From: Flectonema sp. DT1601
Taxonomy: Eukaryota
DNA length: 64,000 nt
Assembly (NCBI GenBank): GCA_964019425.1
Contig: OZ025806.1
Coordinates: 682,001-746,000 of the forward strand
Reading direction: 5' to 3'
The notes below the pieces were generated by a model. It did not search any database and had not been told where the DNA came from. It saw only the letters and a list, made by a program, of their open reading frames with translations. The translations under genes and the position numbers were made by a program. Positions 32,575 through 43,476 of this stretch are shown here, piece by piece; position 1 is the first letter of the stretch; each line of letters opens with the position of its first letter.

Positions 32575-34305
32575 CTGCTGCATAAAATCCGGAGCCCAAG
32601 CAGCCAACTCTGTCTAGATCAGCAAAGGAATGTACATCAACTGGAGATGAGTTGTGTGTTAATGTGAGGTGTCCAGTAGATCCGGTCTGCTCAGCTGATT
32701 ACGCAGTAGCTTTGAAGTTTATGCGGAACAAAATATAAAAGACACAATTGAATTATGTCAATGTCTCGGTTCTGAATTTGTTGTTGTGAGAGCCGTTCTC
32801 GCATCTACTACTGCGTTCACAGTACTCAATATAGGAAATGGGAACTCATTTGAAATTAACGGTGATCCTACTACTCGTACTTACCCATACGTCACTTGTG
32901 AGCAACTCGCTAGATGCGAACCACCTTCGGCACTAGACGATGTTTATTATTATAAAACTGTACCACCTAGTTGTACTGCTACTATCGACTGTGCTAAGGG
33001 AAGAGAAGGCCAGGAAGCACTGCTATGTAAACAAACAACATTCATTGATAAAAAAGGGATCACAATGTACACTTGATCAGAGAGATCACTTTTGTGATGC
33101 CGAATTCAGAGCACACACCTGTGCAAGAATGTGATGGCGGCCTTAAACGCGACGATGAAAGTCTGCGCAACAGGGGCAGGTGCGTCGCAGGATTGGAAAA
33201 AAGTGATTGCCAGGGAGGTTACTACTGTCCTGATATTTACGCTGAGCTATCAGATTTGGGTATCCCCGCTCATGAGTCTTGTCTCGTGTGTGAAAAAAAC
33301 AACCCAAATGCATTATGTTGCACAAGAGACGGAAAATCCTTTCCGGTAGTTTCACGTGAAGAGTGCAACGGTCATGGATCACTTCTTTGTTCAGATGTTT
33401 CTTGTGTTACAGAAAGCACCCCAACGGAATGCTCTATCGAAAGTAGTGAGGCAGCAGCACTTCACCTTCAACATCAACAAAGTGTTTGTGGATGTCTAGG
33501 TCTCGGTTATTCTGTCATATATGATCAAGGAACTCCTTACTGCTATGATGACTCAACACTAAAAAAATGGGACGACTACTCAGAAAGAGAACTCGGTAAC
33601 AGAACCTACTCTGTCAGCTGTGAACAGTTAGTTGAGTGTGAGACTCTTTCTGCTCTCGATAAGGCTGAGGTGACGATGTCATTCACTGAACCAATATGCT
33701 CCCCTTATACTGCTTGTAGAATTCGTAGAGCAAGAGAAAAAAAGCTTGCGACCAAGCTCTCAAACGTCTTTGGTGGTTCCAAACAATGCAGCAGCGCTCA
33801 ACGTGACAGCTATGCCGGTCTTGAAACCAACGCTCTTAAGTGTCTATCATGTCCAGGAACTCATAATTTAACGAGTAAGGTTTGTGTATCGAAAACTACT
33901 TGGCCAGCAAGCTGCGAAGAAGCCGCAACAGAAGCAGAGTGTGGGGACTCAGGTTACTTTTGTGCGACATTGTATAAAGACAAGTTTGATAGTTTATCCC
34001 TCTGCACAGCATGCCCAGGAGGTTTAAACCCGGAAACAAACACTTGTGCCACACCAGATGGTCGTTGTATTGTAGGATCTGATGAGGGTAGCTGTTCGGG
34101 AGTCTTCTGCAGAGCAATTTTCGGTGCTGCTTCTAACTATAACGGATTAGATCATGTGCTTGTGGGTGATTCACCTTCTCAGAATATCGGTCCATTCGTC
34201 CTTCTGGCATTCGCTATTATTGTTGTCGCAGTGTTAGTTTATGCAATTTTGACGAAGAGGAAGCAGATTGAAAAAGAAGAGGCACTTGCTCAACAGAATC
34301 AGTAA
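32575..34305 (+). pseudogene. Cys-rich repeat surface/membrane protein, frameshifted (pseudogene or sequence errors), 5' end lost in the gap
   Basis: Internally repeated units (RTYPYVTCEQLARCE..SALD / RTYSVSCEQLVECE..SALD; QCTLDQRD / QCSSAQRD) fall in different frames, implying shifts near 32720, 33030-33060 and 33120. C-terminal TM segment FVLLAFAIIVVAVLVYAIL. Confidence 0.6.
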
Positions 34306-35723
34306 TCGTACGCCGACTTATTTAATTCAGGAATCCATGTGCGCGGTACTCTATCGCACTGCATTGAATCATGTGCCTCACTATTAGGTCACCAACCTGT
34401 TGTCAGAACAATAACAGCATCACGTTGCAAGAGTCGACGTCGATAAATGATGTGATAGTAGTTGTAGTAGTATTTTTTTTTTTTTTTTTTTTTGTACAGT
34501 AAGGCACATACACCCCACCCTGAAAAAAAACAAAAAAAACAAAACAAAAAACAAAATCATCGTTTAGTCATGTGGTTCGAATACACACTATGTCTACCTA
34601 AGTATTAACCCACCCCGTCACTGGATGGCAAATTTATTTTTCCCTTACCAGGAAGATTTTTCTGTGAATTGTGAAAAAAGAAGAGCACAATACTACCGTC
34701 CGGCACAGTTATGACCATAAACTGACTGTCATCTTACCTGATCCTTTTGTTTTCATTTCTTGCTGAGTGACGTGGCTATGTGCTGCCCAATTTTTGTAAT
34801 ACTTTTATAAAGCTTTTCGGTAATCCCACAGTACAATTATAATGCTTTGGGCAACTGGGTGAACGGTCCTCGGTACTGTTCCGGGGGGTTTCTATTTTCT
34901 TTCGTGGTATGTGGGCATCTGGCACATATGGTCGTATTGTAAAGAGAGATATTGTATATGGAATAAAAAAGATTTTTTTTTTGTTTTTTCCACCTTCCAC
35001 CACTCCCAGATCATTTCCATTTTATTTTTTTTAGTTGTTTTCAACCTGTTAGCCTCTGGGCAAAGTGGGAGCTGGGAGTCGATCACTTCCAGCCGAAGCT
35101 ATAAAACTACAATCGTCGTGATTGGGTTCTTACTGATGCGGGATACCCAGACCCCTCGTAGTCATCAGTTCTGTATTTTGCGAACTAACAAACTAACTAA
35201 CAATACAATTAAAAAAAAAAAAGTAAAAAAATAAAAACCCCCGCTAGTAAAAATAATAGTTTGAATAAAAGACGTGGATTACGAAATTAGTTTAGCCATG
35301 TGGTGTGTACGAAATCAACGTGAAAAAAAAAAAAAAATTGAAGAACTTGTCTACTGTTGTTTCCTCCACTGCGATATATAGATATTTATTTGTCCACATG
35401 CCCCGCATACCGTAGGGAAAAAAAGAACCAACGCAGTATAGAAAAGAAAGAAACAATATGTGAAAAGTGTAAAGTGAAGCACCACATCTTTTATTCATTT
35501 GGTCTGACTCCCGTTATCTTGTTTCCCTGCCTTCCACCAAACCCGTAAGTTTTGATTCGATTTGCATGAGTAAATTTTATTTATGTTATTAATGATGGGT
35601 AATTCATTGTTTTATTTATACAGATGAAAAAAGATAATTTTATTTACGAACAGTAATTAAAAAAAAAGAGGTAAGCCACGCGCCTTCTACACTATGAAAT
35701 CATTCTCCCCCTTCAGTTTAATA

Positions 35724-35888
35724 GAGGTAAGAGGTATATGGATTGACTCTCGAAACCTAAATAGTTACTTTAAAAGGCTAAGTTACGCATCACACCTAGT
35801 CACTGTATCTAAAACTAATGTTAAATTATCGTTGATGTTGTTTATGATGCAATACATTTGTATTTTACGTACAAAATCAAACAGTTAA
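35724..35888 (+). mobile_element. Short 3'-end derivative of the PLE with an 18-bp target-site duplication
   Basis: Aligns to the PLE 3' end (gaggtaagaggtatatggatt..ctctcgaaacct..ctagtcactgtat.taaaactaatgttaaattatc). Exact direct repeat tcccccttcagtttaata at 35706-35723 and 35889-35906. Confidence 0.92.
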
Positions 35889-35948
35889 TCCCCCTTCAGT
35901 TTAATATGAAATAATTAATTAGATAGGGAAAGTAATTTGTACTGCACG

Positions 35949-37106
35949 ATGACTGAAACTCTGACAATAACAGAATCGCTGTCGAAGTCGATATCAGAGT
36001 CAGCGTTGGTTAGCCTTTCAGAGACTTTACCAACTGCGAGCTTATCAGAGACGCTACGAACATTAACGTCAACACCGACATCCTCAAAAACAAATACGTT
36101 TTCTTTATCATCAAGTCAGTCTTTATCAGAAACTATTGCACAAGAAGACCTTCGATGGTGTGATTTCTACTTAGGAGACACGCTAATTAGCTGTACGCTG
36201 TTATCATTGTTGGTTGCTGCCGGAGGACTTATTTTAATATTGTGTTGTATCTGTTGCTGTGCTTTGTTTTGTTATAAAAGGAAAAAAGTAACTAAAGATG
36301 GTTCCTATGATGAGATGCTCTTATCAAGTGATAAGGGAAGTAATTCAACGGAAAAGCAAAGAGAAGTTGCTCAAAAACCTCCAGTTCCTCAAGAAGTTGG
36401 TACCAAATCACCAGAGGCGGTTGGTGCGTTTACTAATAATTATCATCCTGTTCAGCAACCTCCTCAGCAAAAGATACCCGGGATCGTAAGAGTTTATGAA
36501 AAAGGAGGAGCAAATGAGGGTGACTACGTTATAAGTTCACTCTCAGTTAACTCCCTTCCAACATGGAAACGGACAGTTCCAACAGAACGGTGGGTTTACA
36601 GTTCACCAGATGGCTTTTGGAGGATAACTGATACTGCGAAAGACTTTGAAACTGGAAAAGGATTTGTCACATCATCGCATCCCCACGGAGGTGAACCACC
36701 AAGCCGCTCTGAGGGTTGGTTTAGTGCAAACGGTCAACCATTAAATATTAATATGACACCTGAGGAATATAAGCAAACCCCCGCAAAACAGTATCACTCT
36801 CCATTTCCTGTTTCAGCTCAACCAGCAGTTACTCCTCCTGTTGTATCTCCCATGCCAGTTATTGCTCCACCTGAAGAGCAATATCAACACTTGTCTCCGT
36901 ATCAACAATATGCTGGTAACAAGTCTTTGACACCTATTCAAAGTAATAATCCAATACTGCCTCCAATTATCCCGTATGAGGCTCCAAAACCATTGTCACC
37001 AGTTGATCATACAACACTTTATAATTTATCGAATTATGATAATGATATCTATCTTCATGACGACAGTGATAGTGAAGAGCCTGATGGGTTCAGAAGAAGG
37101 GCGTAG
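35949..37106 (+). CDS. Single-pass membrane protein: Ser/Thr-rich N-terminus, TM segment with Cys cluster, one W/H-rich beta-type domain, Pro-rich tail
   Basis: TM LLSLLVAAGGLILILCCICCCALFC followed by KRKK; the domain GDY...NSLPTWK..RWVYS.PDGFW.ITD...HGGEPP also recurs in 59045-62638. Confidence 0.7.
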   Translation: MTETLTITESLSKSISESALVSLSETLPTASLSETLRTLTSTPTSSKTNTFSLSSSQSLSETIAQEDLRWCDFYLGDTLISCTLLSLLVAAGGLILILCCICCCALFCYKRKKVTKDGSYDEMLLSSDKGSNSTEKQREVAQKPPVPQEVGTKSPEAVGAFTNNYHPVQQPPQQKIPGIVRVYEKGGANEGDYVISSLSVNSLPTWKRTVPTERWVYSSPDGFWRITDTAKDFETGKGFVTSSHPHGGEPPSRSEGWFSANGQPLNINMTPEEYKQTPAKQYHSPFPVSAQPAVTPPVVSPMPVIAPPEEQYQHLSPYQQYAGNKSLTPIQSNNPILPPIIPYEAPKPLSPVDHTTLYNLSNYDNDIYLHDDSDSEEPDGFRRRA

Positions 37107-38250
37107 TTTTTGAACTGTCTGTCAAAAAATAATAATAGTTGGCGAGCTTAATGGAAATCCCCAGCAGGTAAACTACTTTTTATTGTGATAAAAAGGTATT
37201 TTTAGGTTAATAACATGTTTGAAGTAAAAAAATACTTCTGAGTGCATTATCGTATTGCGTACTCTCTCTTTCTTGATTGTTTTATGAGAGTTATATTCGC
37301 CTTCACAACGGCGCTCGAAGGTGCTTGACTGCACTGTCGATTTGTGAGGGAGAAAAGTTGCTTGGCGTTCTGTTTAACATACGTCGTAAAGAGTTGTTTT
37401 TTGAATTTTTTTTTCCCCCTTTCTTTTTTTATTCAGTTTCATGACCGCTTACTAATTGTTGTCCTTTCAGAGAACGAAGAAAAAAGAAAAGAGAAAGAAA
37501 AAGATTTCCAGCAATTCTTCTCAGGTTGTTCAAGAAAATCAGTTCTTTATGTGTTGTGTCCGTCCCCTCACTCCCCTTTTTTAAAAAAAAAAAAAAATAA
37601 ATAAAAAGCTATTTGATTGACCTTATAAATGAGTTCTGGTGGCTTGGTTAATATTGTCTTAGTCGGCAAAGGAAAAAAATTATTTTGTTTCTTGTGGACC
37701 GGTCGAACGGTCTACTTGATTTTTTATGTGTCTGAAAAATTTGTTTGAATTTGTTATTTGCGGTTAGCATTGTTAAAGATAACGACCGTAGCGTTTTTTA
37801 CTTCATCATACTGTGACAGCTATGCTGGCTAAGCTTCGTCTCGGTGCGGAGCCCCTGAAGAACCTCAGGGAACTTTTAGGGCAGCCACGCTATGCTGAGG
37901 ACAGTCACGGTAGTGGTCTGAAGACTACTCATCGTGCATGGTTTCGTTACACCCGGCCTTTCTATTGTGAGATGTAAAATAATAATTTATTCTAACAAAG
38001 CAACCAAAATAAATAAATAATAAACGACTCCCATTTGGAGCTCTTCTTTTCTTGTTTTTTTTTTTTTTTTTTTTAATCAATCAATTTTAGAATACAAATA
38101 CATCACACATAATCGTGTCGTGTTCCCTAATTTTTAGGTTAAAAGTTTGTTAGTTTGTTAGTACCTCTTAACAACTTCATTACAAACAGAACGTCAATGG
38201 TCAAGGAGTTCAATTTTATTTCTCCCGATATGTGAAGCACGTCTAATTTT

Positions 38251-38284
38251 GTTGCGTGTTAACCTTGATTTATTTATCCAAGTC
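38251..38284. repeat. Short dispersed repeat (pair at 16600-16638)
   Basis: gttgcgtgttaaccttgatttatttatccaagtc. Confidence 0.65.
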
Positions 38285-38585
38285 CCCACCCTTCTTTTTT
38301 TATTTATGTACTCATCTTTTCTTCTGAGGTTGGGTTAAGTTGCTAGAGCTTGTTTCGAGGAATGATAACAGAGAGTTGATTATTTGTTAAGGTTTTAGTT
38401 TTCTCTTCACGGTCTTCGAGAAAGTGTGTTTTTTTTTTTTTGTTGGATGTTATTATTTTTTTCTTTTTTCATGTCTGTTTTCTGAAACTAAAACTCATAT
38501 TTCTTAACCAAAATAATTTCGCTGTAGAGTTTTGTTGGGATCGTATTTAAAAATTATTTTTCCAACAGCTACACACAACCCAACC

Positions 38586-39578
38586 ATGGCAGACTGGTCT
38601 CCGTTTCCCCGCCTTACTGGCAATGAAAAGAAAATTGTACTAGCAGGTGATAGCGTATTGGATAATTTTATTTGGCTGAAAGACCCGTCGGTAAATCTCC
38701 GAGTTGTCATGGAGAGGATGCTGCAGAGGGAAGCAAGCGATACGATTTGTTTGAATTTCGCAGTTGATCAAACCATGACGTTTGACTTTATTAGAAGAAC
38801 AAGAAAAAGTAACTCCTGGATGGGATATCAACATGAGCGTGAACGAATGTGTAAAGCACTTCACAATGATTCTCTGGACAGAGATGGGTACAAACATTTA
38901 TGTTCTGCTGATGGGTCAATCAAATCGGTCGACAATATCGCTCGTCTTAAAAACGTAAAACACATTTTCTTAAGTGTCGGAGGTAACGATGTTTACCTTC
39001 GCGCAGATGTTCAAAAGAAATTAGCCAGTTCACTAATGGGTTGTAATGGAAGACATGAAGTTGGTAAAGAATTTAAGGAAAGATTAAATACTATTGTAGT
39101 CGAATTAAAAAAAGTAATTTCATCAGATACACTAATCACACCAGTCATTGTGTATCATCCTCACTACGATCAATCACTGTCAGGATTGAGTCCTAACACT
39201 TGTCTAGGGTCAGTAAGTATTAGTATTCAGAAAATGTTTTTATCGTGGTTGGTAACCCCGATGGTTCGATCTGTACTTGAGGTTTGTTCTCAACATTCCT
39301 TATCAGCAATTGACTTGTCTCAAACATTTGATCCAACAAACATTCGACATTACGGTAATATGAAACACCCAGAAGCACCTTGGAATTGGAGTGGTGCAGA
39401 ACCGAGTGACGTGAGTCAAATTTTTATCGCAAAACTGATGATGCATGTTGTCAACCACCCACCAACAGCACCGACAATATTTCATGGAAAGACTAAAGGA
39501 GATGATTTTGTTTCTGTTGTTCCGACTCTCATTACGGAGAGCGTTTTGAAAAACTATAAATTTCGCACCGGCGTTTAA
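38586..39578 (+). CDS. SGNH/GDSL-like hydrolase
   Basis: Block I IVLAGDSVLDN, block III FLSVGGND; EPS appears in place of the canonical DxxH; ATG at 38586. Confidence 0.75.
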   Translation: MADWSPFPRLTGNEKKIVLAGDSVLDNFIWLKDPSVNLRVVMERMLQREASDTICLNFAVDQTMTFDFIRRTRKSNSWMGYQHERERMCKALHNDSLDRDGYKHLCSADGSIKSVDNIARLKNVKHIFLSVGGNDVYLRADVQKKLASSLMGCNGRHEVGKEFKERLNTIVVELKKVISSDTLITPVIVYHPHYDQSLSGLSPNTCLGSVSISIQKMFLSWLVTPMVRSVLEVCSQHSLSAIDLSQTFDPTNIRHYGNMKHPEAPWNWSGAEPSDVSQIFIAKLMMHVVNHPPTAPTIFHGKTKGDDFVSVVPTLITESVLKNYKFRTGV

Positions 39579-40262
39579 CCGTCTCAACTGCGAAAATATT
39601 TCCTTTTTTTTTTTTTTCATTTTTCTTTTCAAAAGAAACTTGTACCTACAAAACCATATTGAGACTGGCAGCTAGTGCGGATTCCAAAAATTAAAAAAAA
39701 AAAAAAAGAGCGAAAAGAACAAACCTAATTCCTCCCTAACTCGTTGTGATTACTTCAACACATGCTGGTATAATTATTTTTGCTTTTCTTTGTAAGTTGG
39801 AATTCTATCTGAGAAAACTGGTAGTCCTTAAAAGTATTGGCCATGTACAGGTTGCTTCCTGTTGTGGTTCTGCTCCAAACTTTCACACACGTCAGGTATA
39901 ATGGTTTTCTACAGTTGCATTTCTTTCCTACGTTTCTGTGATTTGTCTTCGTGGTATCAGTTTCTATCTCCCTGAATGACGAGTTTCAAATAATAAAAAA
40001 AGAACAAGCCGACAACGTGATAACATAGTTATTGCGTTCTATTTCTCTCGGTGATTAGTACACAATTTCCAGATTGCGATTTGTATTTCGGAAGAGTTAA
40101 GTTAAAAAAAAGCAATGTTCCCTATCCTTTTTGTTGATATTCTTTTTTTTTTTTTTTTTTTTTGGTTTTATGTTAACCTAACCAACGAACCAAAAAATAA
40201 CAACAAAACTGTTTAGTTTAGAACGTACGTTATCATCTTACCAGTAACCAACATAAATAAAT

Positions 40263-41535
40263 ATGATCCGCTCTGCATTGCGGATAGGACGGCGATGTTG
40301 TAGCAACAAAGGACTGGATTGGAGTGATGAAGTAGCGGCTGCTCACATTCAAACAGTTATACTCCCACAACTGAATCAGAAAAAGCTACCAGCTGACGAG
40401 GCAGTTGAATTTTTAAAAACTGAGTTGGCAAATTTGAAGAATCTAGGCTGCTTTGTATGGAATAAATCATGGGCTACCGCAATGAAACACTTTACGAAAC
40501 CTCAGAAGGGAAGATCCGCAAGAGAAGCATCACAAAATGCCGCTCAGAGAATGTTTGATTCATGTATCCTCAGTGGTGTTGATCCTACAAGTGAGATATA
40601 CTGTAAAGCCATTGAAGCTCAGATAGGTTATAAAGAATGTCGAGTTCTGTTTGATTTTATGGTTCTTGATGGAACCAAACCAGACGAAGACACCATCGCA
40701 GCAATCCTCCGAGTTTGCTGTAAATGCAACGTGACTGGAAGACACAAAGCTGAATCACTAATGTCTTTCCTAGAACATGAAGGGATTGTGTGTACAGTTT
40801 TTATTTGGAATATCGTTCTTAAGATTCACGCTGATAAAGGCGATCTAGCAGGTTGTGCTGATGTCTTTTTAAGAATACAGAAATCAAATCTACTACCAGA
40901 CTCTAAGTCATACGAGTATTTATTACAGGCGTGTGCTGACTCAACTTCTGTCAGAGAAAACTTAGAAATTTCAGAGAACGCTGCGTATCAAGCACACACA
41001 GATGAAACATCTATGACTCCAATGTCATACGGTCACCTCATGAAAGTTTATAGAAAAACGAATAACCCACGTAGAGCTCACGCATTATATGGTAACGTAA
41101 AGGATAAATCCTTAACAACAAAACTACTCATAGAGTACTCAAAAGTACTCAAGGGGATCTTTTCCGATAAGTCAGCAAAAAAACTCAGCAAACAACTCAT
41201 GAGGCAAGCTCGTAGACGCTACACATCATCAATAAAAAGTAAACACCCAAAAGTATTTGCTGCCCTGCAGAAAGCACGGACTACAAAAAAGACTCACAAA
41301 AAGAAGACGAAAAAATCCGACGTTGATGTCATTGGTGACGCTATCAAAAGACACCTTCAACGGCAAAAAGAGTCAAAGGTTTGTGTCTTATCCCTTCTCT
41401 GTTTGAATACCAGTAAAGTTATAATCAATAAAACACCCACAGGTTAAAGCTAAAATCCAACCAATAGCTTCCACTCATGCGACAGAGAATGCGGTCAGAC
41501 CTGTAGAGAAGTTAAAAACAGTGAGAATTGTATAA
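40263..41535 (+). CDS. Pentatricopeptide-repeat-like protein, probably mitochondrial; exons 40263-41378, 41443-41535
   Basis: PPR-like units (GVDPTSEIYCKAI, GTKPDEDTIAAILR, VFIWNIVLKIHA, LLPDSKSYEYLLQAC); N-terminal MIRSALRIGRR transit-like peptide; GT-AG intron 41379-41442. Confidence 0.75.
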
Positions 41536-41884
41536 TGCTCATTTCTCTGTATTCAGACGGATTTAGTTCATCAGCGCTATAACAGCTAATGCTGTCTTCG
41601 GTTCGATTCCTGGTCGCAGTACACCAGTTGAGAGGACTATCCCACATATGACTCTGCGGTACAGGATTCGCCCCCGTAGGGGACCATATCCAAAAAATTG
41701 TAACAAAGTATTCCATTAGAGTATTTTGGTTATAAGCTGTCTTCTGTTTTTCTTTCATGTGATCGAATTTAATCAATCATCTCTCAGTGATACCAAATAC
41801 TATTAACATGAGCAGCTGTGATGGATATTTAATTGACTTTATCTTCTTTGATTTCATTTTGTTAATTTAATTTTTCAACAGGAT

Positions 41885-43210
41885 ATGAAGCACAGTATTT
41901 GTATTGTTTCAGACTTCTTCTATCCTGGTTTCGGGGGCGTTGAAATTCATATTTTTAATGTAAGCCAATGCTTAGTGAAATTAGGACATAAAGTAGTAAT
42001 TGTCACGAGATCCTATGACAGTGGAAGACAAGGGATTCGATGGTTAACAAGGGGAGTAAAAGTATACTACCTCCCACTGCTGTCGGTTAGACTCCCACCT
42101 GGAACTGTAACTCTGCCAACCGTGTTAGGACTACTTCCGTATATACGAAGTATCCTTGTAAGAGAAAAGATAACCCTCGTTCACGGTCATCAAACAACAA
42201 GTAATATGTGCCATGAGACAATGTTTCACGCGGGTACGATGGGAATTCCAACAGTTTTTACTGACCACTCTTTGTTTGGGTTTGCGGACATGGCTTCAAT
42301 TCATATTAATAAAGTTCTTGAGTGGAGTCTACTAACTGTTGCTCATATTATCTGCGTATCACACACTTGTAGAGAAAATACTGTGCTGAGGGCCAGGATA
42401 TCACCAAATAAAGTGTCTGTTATCCCAAATGCTACTGATCCTGTCAGATTCGTACCCTCATCTGAGATTGAAGAAACAGCCACGTGGGGAGACATCTTAA
42501 AAAAAGATCCTCAGATAACGATCGTAGCAATCACCAGATTAGTTTACAGAAAAGGAGCTGATCTTCTAGCTGATGTAGTACCAGCAGTTTGTAAGAAATA
42601 TCCTTCAATAAAATGGATTATTGGAGGTGATGGTCCTCGAAAACTTCAAATGGATCAAATGGTCGAGCGAAACAATCTTCACGACAGAGTAGAACTCTTA
42701 GGTGAGGTTCATGATGTAGCATCTGTATTGAAAAGAGGTCAAATATTTGTGAATACTTCCTTGACTGAGGCTTTTTGTATTGCTATAATTGAAGCAGCAT
42801 CATGTGGTCACTTAGTAGTATCGACAAGAGTTGGAGGTGTTCCGGAAGTAATGCCTCCAGACATGTTGATTCTTGCTGATCCAGAACCAAGTTCAATCAT
42901 TTCTGGTGTTGATGAGGCTGTTGGTAGAGTTAGAGCAGTACGTCCCTGGAATCACCATACTCGAATATCAAATATGTACAGTTGGGATGATGTTACTCTT
43001 CGGACTATCAAAGTTTATAATAAAGCAATTAAAACACCTCTACTTCCTGTCTCTGTTCGTATTCAGAGAGCTCTGTCTTTAGGAATCTGTTATGGAATTA
43101 TTACTGCTGGTTTGATTGCACTGGATCACTTCTTTTGGTTGTTTCTGAGATTTTTTAGACCGGCTTCTAGCATGCAACCCGCCAGAGATTATAAGTACTC
43201 TACTTCGTGA
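41885..43210 (+). CDS. PIGA: GPI-GlcNAc transferase catalytic subunit PIG-A/GPI3
   Basis: CIVSDFFYP.FGGVE.HI, VFTDHSLFGFAD, ICVSHTCRENTVLR, RLVYRKG.DLL, NTSLTEAFCIAIIEAASCG..VVSTRVGGVPEV. Confidence 0.97.
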   Translation: MKHSICIVSDFFYPGFGGVEIHIFNVSQCLVKLGHKVVIVTRSYDSGRQGIRWLTRGVKVYYLPLLSVRLPPGTVTLPTVLGLLPYIRSILVREKITLVHGHQTTSNMCHETMFHAGTMGIPTVFTDHSLFGFADMASIHINKVLEWSLLTVAHIICVSHTCRENTVLRARISPNKVSVIPNATDPVRFVPSSEIEETATWGDILKKDPQITIVAITRLVYRKGADLLADVVPAVCKKYPSIKWIIGGDGPRKLQMDQMVERNNLHDRVELLGEVHDVASVLKRGQIFVNTSLTEAFCIAIIEAASCGHLVVSTRVGGVPEVMPPDMLILADPEPSSIISGVDEAVGRVRAVRPWNHHTRISNMYSWDDVTLRTIKVYNKAIKTPLLPVSVRIQRALSLGICYGIITAGLIALDHFFWLFLRFFRPASSMQPARDYKYSTS

Positions 43211-43476
43211 CGATCTTGACACAAATTTATTTCTTCTCCCTGTTTTTATTGACTGTTAACGAGTTCTTGGCGTAACGCTTTATATTAATAAAAAGAAATT
43301 CTTTTATTCTTGCATCTTAAAAAAAGAGGTAAATCGCACATCTTTAAACACTTTTATACCTAATAACAGAAAGTCTATGAATGCTTTACAAAAAGGAACA
43401 GCGGAACCCAACAAACTTACGATTTCCATAATTAAATATGATATTTGTTTTCATTCAGTCCCTTCAAACTATATAG

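Noticed and set aside
32210..32667. ORFs spanning the N run
   Set aside because: Artefacts of translating the assembly gap.
37850..37930. Three CUGANGA motifs suggesting a hammerhead
   Set aside because: No GAAA with a closing stem II in register, so the core is incomplete.
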